In this document: piece after piece, positions 56,226 to 64,000 of the stretch
Layout of the letters: the number at the start of each line of letters is the position of its first letter
Numbering within the stretch: position 1 is the first letter of the stretch
Source: Microbotryum violaceum
Lineage: Eukaryota
DNA: 64,000 nt
Direction of reading: 5' to 3'
NCBI GenBank assembly: GCA_001244265.2
Contig: CDLV01000005.1
Location: 1,860,001-1,924,000 of the forward strand
The notes under the pieces: generated by a model
What the model was told of the DNA's origin: nothing
Database searches by the model: none
The model's input: the letters and a program-made list of their open reading frames with translations, nothing else
Position numbers and translations under genes: made by a program

Positions 56226-57772
56226 ATGTCGGCTGCCCTGATCAACTCGCTTAGCAAGCTGCTCGTACCCGGCATCGTCGGATTGGGCATCGTGCAGAGC
56301 AGTATCTACGATGGTCCGTCACTGTTTGCTATAGCTTCCCTCTTGCCTGGACGGTGACGGTCGCTCACTTGCTCGCTCGTCGGCTGCGACCCCGAACAGT
56401 GCCCGGCGGTCATCGCGCCATCATCTTTGATCGCTTCTCCGGTGTCCGGGACAAGGTATGTTCTCGCCGTACCGGGTATTTGTATTTGCGTAGGTGCTCA
56501 GACCATCATCGTGCTCTTGTACAGCCCTCGGATGAAGGCACCCACTTGCTCGTGCCTTGGTTGCAGGTCAGTCCCACCTCACCTCACCTCACCTCACCTC
56601 ACCTCACCTCACCTCACCTCACTGCCCAGAGTGTCCATCTCTAACCCTCACTCTTCTTCCCCACTCAGAAACCCATCCTGTACGATGTCCGAATCAAGCC
56701 TAGAGTAAGCCTTCTCAAAACTAAAAGCCTCGTCACCTCCCTCCGCCTCCGCTCAACTTGACCCACCCACGGCCCTCCCCATCATCCACGCCCCCGCCCC
56801 TTCAGAACATCTCCACCACGACCGGCTCCAAGGATATGCAAATGGTATCCCTCACCTTACGCGTCATGTCCCGCCCCGACACCCGACACCTCGCGACCAT
56901 CTACCGTTCGCTCGGTCTCGACTATGACGAACGAGTCCTCCCCTCGATCGGGAACGAGGTGCTCAAAGCTACCGTCGCCCAATTCGACGCGGCCGAATTG
57001 ATCACCCAGCGTGAGGTCGTTAGTTCGAGGATCAGGGAGGACCTTCTCAAGAGGGCCGGAGAGTTCAACATCGTGCTCGAGGATGTCTCCATCGTTAGTT
57101 CTCCCCCATCTCGTGCAAAGGTTTGGTCAGCGGTTGGTGGGGTCAAGAACCTGATTCGCTTTTTCCTTCCTTTGTTCCCATCCGAACAGACCCACATGAC
57201 GTTCGGTAAAGAGTTCACTCAGGCCGTCGAGCAGAAGCAGGTCGCACAACAGGGTAAGAAAAGCATCCTTCACTTTATCATTTCAGCAAAGAATTATCCT
57301 CATCAGTCTGCGCCCATCCTTACAACCACAGAGGCCGAAAGGGCAAAGTTCATCGTTGAGCGCGTAAGCTTACCCCCCCCCCCCCCCCCCCAACCATTTC
57401 CGAAAGAAGAATCCCCTCTCCAAGCCCACCTAACACCCTTTATCTCCCCTTTCTCTCTCTCTCTCTCTCTAGTCCGAACAAGAACGTCAAGCCGCCGTCG
57501 TCCGTGCCGAAGGCGAAGCCGAAGCCGCGACCATCATCTCCAAAGCCTTGTCCAAAGCCGGAGAAGGGTTGGTCCAATTCCGTCGTATCGAAGCGAGCAA
57601 GGATATTGCCCACACCTTGGCGAATGTAGGTCGAATATTGTTTGGGGTTTAAAGTTGTTGGTGGAGTGTTTGAGAGCTGACTTTGGTTCGTTGGGCGCGT
57701 GGGATATAGGGTCGAAACGTTACGTACCTTCCCGGTGGTGGCAACGTGCTATTGCAAGTTCCTTCGCAGTAA
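56226..57772 (+). CDS. PHB1: Prohibitin 1, multi-exon
   Basis: [101 protein letters not shown]. Confidence 0.96.
56576..56622. repeat. (ACCTC)n intronic microsatellite
   Basis: Read directly, within a PHB1 intron. Confidence 0.9.
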
Positions 57773-58093
57773 GAACGAACGAACGAACGAACGAACGAAG
57801 CTTCAAGCCGATTTGCACGAAGGAGTGCAACAAAATAAAAACATTCAACTTCTTTTCTCATCTCTGTGCTCTCATCTTTTGTACCAGTATTTTTTTCTCC
57901 CCGACCCTTAGCGGACGAAACAACCCAAAAAAGCAATATCAAAAAAACACCCCTCCCTTTCTCACATTCTTCTGATTCTATTGTGTTCGTTCCTAACCCC
58001 GATCAACGGGATAAGGTGGGGTAATGCATTATACAACAACAACAACACCAGCGAAACTCTCAATCATCGTATATATGAATATTCATTTCGTCT

Positions 58094-58941
58094 TCACCCC
58101 TCCAGAGCAACCAACAACTCGCTAAACCTTTTACGGTCGCCTTCCAAATTAGTGAACTCTTCTGGGGACGAAATTTCTCCCTCCTGGACCGAAGATGACC
58201 AACGTCCTTGACCATGATCGATTTTACGCAGTTTGGTTCGACCGTGCATAGATCGATCCTCCTCCTCCTCCGAAGAGTCGGAAGTTAGTCGAGGAAGGAT
58301 CTCGACGATTCGTATCTTCGTTCTTGGTCGGGTTGGTGAAGTTGGTGGTGTAAGAGGGTGCCATTCCTTTTTAATATCCTGCATAACTTCGAATAAGGTA
58401 GGTGTCAATTCCCTCTTTGGAGGGAAAGGGAACGATAATAACCATCCTTCTTCCCCTAAACCCCAGGCGTGATCCCCTCTTCTAAATCCACAACCCCTTC
58501 CTTCAATTCAGAAACCCCTTCAACCATCCTCAACTCCTCCTCCTCCTCCTCCTCCTTCACTACTCTCTCTCTCTCCTCGAAGCTAAACTATCGATCCTTT
58601 CGAACTGCGACGAAAGTTGAGCCCATTGTGAAGAAACTTAGTCGTCGCGTGGTAGTGAGGTTGAGAGGAGGCTCTCGAGGAGGGTTGAAGGGGGTGGTCG
58701 TGAAGGAATTGAAGGAGAGATGACGGTGGGTCTTTAAAGGGGTGGAAGGGAATGGGGGGGTCAGAGGGAATGGGAGAGTGGTTGTGGTTGTGGTTGTTAA
58801 GGGGTCGCGGTGGAGGAATGGGGTGGGTGTGTAGGTCGTCCGGGAGGGGTAGCTGTGGGGGTGGGTGATGGGGGTCGTGAGCGGGAGTGTGGACGGGGAA
58901 AAAGGAATCGAAGACGAGGGGTTCGGAGTGGTGGAAATCAT
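58094..58941 (-). CDS. Hypothetical low-complexity protein (frames not cleanly joinable)
   Basis: Two protein-like ORFs (58588-58941, 58094-58408) separated by GA/GGA runs; no recognisable domain. Confidence 0.3.
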
Positions 58942-60078
58942 CGTTCGAGAAACGGAGCGGAGTTGCTAACTGCCGGACCGATCAAGTTCCAGGGGTCCAC
59001 GCTTCACACGGACGATGTGACAATGTCGCACCTCTTTCGAATCGATGGAGTCGGTATTTTAGGCGTGTCAGTCTTTGTGCAGTCTATAAAGCCAACAGTT
59101 GATCAACAGAGAGGAAAAGTCAGCGTGCAAAATTCGAATCCGGGCGAGCCTCGGTGCCAGGTGGTCTGAGCGCCCTGCGGGGGGTGGCGCCGGTCGGGCG
59201 TCACGTGCCACGCAAGCATTTCAGATTGTCGAGAGTGTGCGATCTTCCGTGTCGTTCGAGCACATGCGAGACTGCTGCGCCATGCTCGTAAGCACGGGTC
59301 GGCGAGCGTTATACCTCGGGAATGACATGTTGGCCTATTTCCACATAACTCGGCCTTTCTGATCGGGAGTTGGAAGCAGCACAGATGCAAGGTGGCGAGA
59401 GGGGTGCCCTGCGCACGATCCCTGTGAGGCCCGAGTGGCCTCGCACGCGCATGACCAACGACTGAATCTGGCCGAAACCCGGCTAACCGAATATTGGACC
59501 ATTATGAGCCGGTTTCCCCCTTTTGCGTAGTTCAGTCTCGGTCCCCTCTCTCTCTCTCTTAGAGGAACACATTCATTCGGAACCGATCTAATACAACGAA
59601 CACAGTCAACAATACCATTTCGAATACGACGAATCGATCGGCCCAGTACTCGCGATCCTTCTGTAAGGCCACCGGCCTTACAATCCCCACCAATCTCATG
59701 GCGCCTTTGTCTCAGATTCGACCCCTGTCGCCTAGCGCGCGTTCCCCTTCGAAACTGCCAGACAGCCGCAGGCGGGCAATTCGTCGGGTGATCATTTCCT
59801 TTTACGCTCTCCTCATCCTTCTTCACTAGAGATTCACTGTCTCACAGGTCAGGACATGGTTTTGGATTGGCAATGTCACGTTCAGGCCCCCACCTGCCTC
59901 GCAACGATCTTTTCCGCCAACGTTGTTGAACAAAAGCAGACGCCTTTGGATTTCTTTGCTGTCTGACTCTCTCTACCATCTCTTTCCCGTCCGTGTGCTG
60001 AGACTGCTGCTTCGTCCACCTCCCATCCTTTCAACCCGACACCATTCTCACCAACTCGCATCCGTCAGGTTTCACGCG

Positions 60079-61707
60079 ATGCGTTCTCTCACCTTTTATC
60101 TCTCGGCGTCGACCGCCTTAAGTCTCCTATCCGCGCCTCTCATCTTCGCGCGTCATCCTATCTCACAACTTGATTCGCACGCGACTCAACCGACTCTGGT
60201 CAAACATGTGATGAACGAGGGGATGCTGCTTCGTCGTGCTCCGGTGCGTTCGCATTCGTGTCGGGGGAGGAAAAGACATGATAGGCGGGTTAGCCCTGGG
60301 CATGACGATAAGCATGAGCATAGATGTGATCCGCATCCTAAGCGTAAGCACAAGGAGACTGATGACAAACATCGTCATAATGGAGACAAGGCCAAGCACA
60401 GGAATGATCATCGTCATCGCCACCACGTCAGCCAGAACCGTGGTCCCTACGCGAGCTCCACCTTGTCATCGCAACATTCCGATACTCACACACACAAGAA
60501 GCACGATCAGAAGCACGGTAAAGTGCACGCTTCCGTTCCCGACCCTACGACCGGCTCCGGTGATAAAGGGAAGTCCGGTACCCAAGGTCCTCAAAGTAAA
60601 CAACCGCAGCAACCTGTTGGATCGACGCAGAAGGACAGCCCTCCTGCGACGCGTCAACCGACGCCGGCTCTTCTGAAGGCCGGGAAGGCTGGGGTAATTA
60701 CGACTTTTCAGGGAACGATGGTGAGTTCTTGAACAATCCCGTTGGTCGAGATGCATGGATGGCTCGAGAGAAACAGTTGCTGATCAGTTGTTTGGAATGT
60801 TGGCGGGCAATAGCAAGGACCTGCTACGTTCTATGCAACGGCTGACGACGGAAGGGGCAACTGCTTGCTGCCTGTTCGCGAGGATAACGTACCTTCGACC
60901 CCGACCTCCTATCAGATAGGCACAATGACATGCTCAAGCTAACTCAACTTTTCTTGTGCATTACAATCCTCAGATGTTTGCGGCGATCAACGATCTTGCA
61001 TGGGCCGGATCTGCGCAATGCGGGATGTGCGTTCGTGTCGAGACTTTGGACGGAAGCAAGAGTACGACGGTGATGATCACGAACCGAGTAAGATCTCGAC
61101 CCCGACTCCAATCCCCACTTTTCCGCGTTCTCACACTGATCCTCAAGCTCATCTCGTTACCAGGAACCGGAGCCCGTGGAGGGCGCCATCGATCTCTCCT
61201 TAGAAGCCTTCACAGCTTTGGCCCGTGAGGAAGTCGGGAGGTTGGCTGTCAATTGGACCCCTGTTGATTGCGTTAAAGCGGGCTTGGTGACGTCTCAGTC
61301 CCCTTCGGTCGTTTGGTGAGTTGGTAATCTGACTCGTTAATGGAGGGTTGAGAGATCTGAAAGTGGTGGCTCATTATTTTGTGGTGATACGGGTGCATAG
61401 GAAAAACGGTTCCACTGAATATTGGTTCGGGCTCCAAGTTCGCGAATCTGCCCTCCCTCTAGCCCAAGTCTCCATACGCATCACCTCGCCCGGCAACACC
61501 ACGTCCACCCCATTGGACCCGGGCTTTTCCCCCTGGAGTTTACTCAATCGAACGGACTACAACTTCTGGCTCGCCTCAAGTGGTATCGAGGATGGTAAAG
61601 GAGGGAAAAGTGTAGGACCTTTTGATATCAAGGTCCAGTATCAGGATGAATCGGAGATCCTTTTTCCTGCGATCAAGTTGAACAGTGAGGTGTTGAAGCA
61701 GGTTTGA
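60079..61707 (+). CDS. Secreted expansin-like protein (DPBB + CBM63-like; EXLX type) with His/Lys-rich N-terminal extension
   Basis: Signal-peptide-like start MRSLTFYLSASTALSLLSAPLIFA; GPATFY...GNC; FAAIN...CGMCVRV...GAIDLSLEAF; KNGSTEYWFGLQVR...RTDYNFW. Confidence 0.87.
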
Positions 61708-64000
61708 TGAGTCAGGTCCTTGCTGGTCTTTGTCTTGTTCTGTGGTTTGTGTTGCGACTTGATGTTGCCGGATCCCTTCGCGTTCATATGTATCTACGCC
61801 CCGTATCGACGTCGTTTTCGAGTAGATCCAGTCCCACATTTTACGCATCCAGACGTTACATGATTTTCTGCAATCCAGCCCGACACGAGCGCGCCCGGAG
61901 CGTGACTCCGTACCAGTCGTTCTTTACATTTTCAATTGCAGCACTGAGCCTACAAGCCCAAACTTGTTCCCATCCCCGTCCAACTCCTGCGCACCCACGT
62001 GGTGAAAAGCACCTAGGCCTGCCAAGCCATCGGACTTGTCCCATATCCGATCTAGAAATTCGTAGGTTTCTAGTCTACGTTGTGAGGGTTCAAGGCCTTG
62101 TAGTTGGGGGGAAAGTCGATGGAGTTCCGAAAGGCCGTAGAGGGTTCCGAGGGAGGCTCGGACCGAGTACCATTCGAGCTGCGGGACGAAAAGTGAAAAG
62201 TTGGATCAGGATGTGGGGGGTTTCGTTGATATACGTGAGCTGGATAGTATTCACTCCTTGTGATTCATCGCCGGAGGCTGCGGCCAAGTCGTGGGCTATG
62301 CGTGCGACGTGTTCAAAGTGGGGCAAGGGGGAAGGGAAGCGGAGGAGAGCGGAGGGGGAGGAAAGTGGGGGCGGGTCCGAGTTTGGGTGAGAGAGACGGG
62401 CGTGGCGGGTTAGGGGTAGTTTTTGCGACCTATTGGGCCATTACAAATTCCTTGGACCTTTTAGCGATTGGAAATGATTGAACGACTTGTACGACACTCG
62501 GATACCGTCGGCATCGGCTCAGCTCGGCTTGTATGGAATCACTTACGAGATCACTAGACCTTGACGGTTCGGATGGTTATCGCTGTTATGGATATGATGG
62601 CTGGGTGCGGATGGAAGGGAAGTGAATCCGATAACTTCAGTAGGTCGAACGACGGCCGACTTGACTTGCAAGCAACCGTGGTCCAAAGCTTAACCCCCGA
62701 GGGTCAAAACGGAACAAAATCCCCCGTAGTAAACACACGTTTGGTGGGTCCGGCGGTGTAAAAAAAAAAGGTGTAACCGGTGCGCGCTGCGCAATTCCTC
62801 ACCCCGACCCCCCAGGCACATCCAACTGGCGCGCCGAGTGCGGCTCATGCATGCTCATGGGCCATCGCCTGCGCAGGCCAGACAAGCAGGCCCCCTGATG
62901 CGCCAATCGTCATCCATTTGGAACTCCCCCAATCTCTCGTTTGCAATATCTTCCCGAATCGGTGGAATTGGTTTGATCCTTGCCTTTTGTGGTCGCCCTC
63001 GTCCGATCCTTTTCGTTTGATGGCAAGGTTGTCACGTCGCATCCCCGATCGTACCCCATTACGTATACGTATACATCCCTTGATGAAATATGAGATGATT
63101 TACCGGGTCCCGGAACTTTCAGGTCATCCCGCTAGTGTAGAAGTGGGATCGATTCAATTAAAACGATGGGTCTCGACTCTCGAGCTCGAACTCGAGTCTT
63201 AGCTTGGCGAGCGACTCCGCGCGCTCGCAGCCACGACGAACTCTGTCGGGCGCCGGACGCGGGCGGAAGCACCGCAGGGTCCGGTCGTCGGGGAAAGTCT
63301 CTCGAGAGGGAACATCGGCCTACCTTGCCGCCGCTTCCGGTCCTCGTCGGTCACTTGTCCGCTTGTATTAGCTTCCAATTTTTAAAAATCTTTCACCTCC
63401 GTATTCGAACAATTCGTCCAGCATCACCACAAACAACCACGAAAACCCCACGACAGCGTCAGCGTTCCTTGGGAACCGAACTAGTTTGTGCTCGCCGCCT
63501 TGTCTCACCTTTTCCCTGCGCGAAAGCGAGGCTCCTTCGGAGCCGCTCAAAGTGGTTTCTTTGTCTCACCTTTAATAAACACTTCGTCAAGTCTCACCAC
63601 TCCTTCCTTACTTTAACAAAATGGGGCTGTTCATGTCAAAGCTCTACGTAGAAGGCTCCTTCTTCCCGTGCACCGATTATTTGAATCTTTCGTGAAGCTC
63701 ATTCTTCGTGTGGTACGTTGCGGTTATTTGACTTCGCGCAACATTCGGTCCCCGAGATGATGTAAAGAGTCCTTTCTCTACCCGGTCCCCTGGGATCCGT
63801 CACCAAGATTTCGAACTCCACCCAAGCTCGTCCCGAGTACCTCAAAGGGTGAGTAACATATGCCAATGTAACCCTTCCCCCGTATCTTCAGGTCCGGCCG
63901 GGGTACGAAAAGAAGGAAGTTTGCAGTTGCTCAAGTTCTCCTCAGTGCCGCCTTGCCAGTAGCGGAAGTGGGGGTTCCAAAGGGATTGTTTTTAAGTGTA

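Noticed and set aside
61850-64000. Small ORFs and possible exons (62090-62326 minus; ATG near 63621 plus)
   Set aside because: Splice-like signals exist, but I could not build a coherent gene model or recognise a domain.

Overview
Fungal genomic DNA, intron-rich and basidiomycete-like; the CpG/TpCpG mutation pattern suggests Pucciniomycotina (inference). The window has two sharply separated halves. (1) 1-~35.9 kb is a gene-free nest of transposable elements: two divergent L1/Tx1-like LINEs in head-to-tail order plus a LINE 3' end; five Ty1/Copia insertions (three families, half-tRNA-iMet-type PBS; one family has non-canonical TG...TA LTRs); and a degenerate Mutator-like DDE element with a GCM-type DNA-binding domain and a downstream USP-like cysteine-peptidase region. 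All retroelements lie on the minus strand. The nest ends about 63 bp upstream of an intron-containing tRNA-Leu(AAG) gene, with LINE 5' ends facing the tRNA. (2) 36-64 kb is ordinary gene-dense sequence: Argonaute (DEDD), RNase H2B, Mdv1/Caf4-like WD40, Vac8, G-protein gamma, Edc3, NKAP-like, prohibitin 1 and an EXLX-type expansin. The best candidates for something undescribed are the tRNA-anchored, unidirectional LINE/Copia array beside an Argonaute gene and the GCM-MULE-peptidase element. Protein calls come from motifs recognised by eye; no searches were run. Exon boundaries are approximate, and many TE frameshifts fall in homopolymers and may be sequencing errors.
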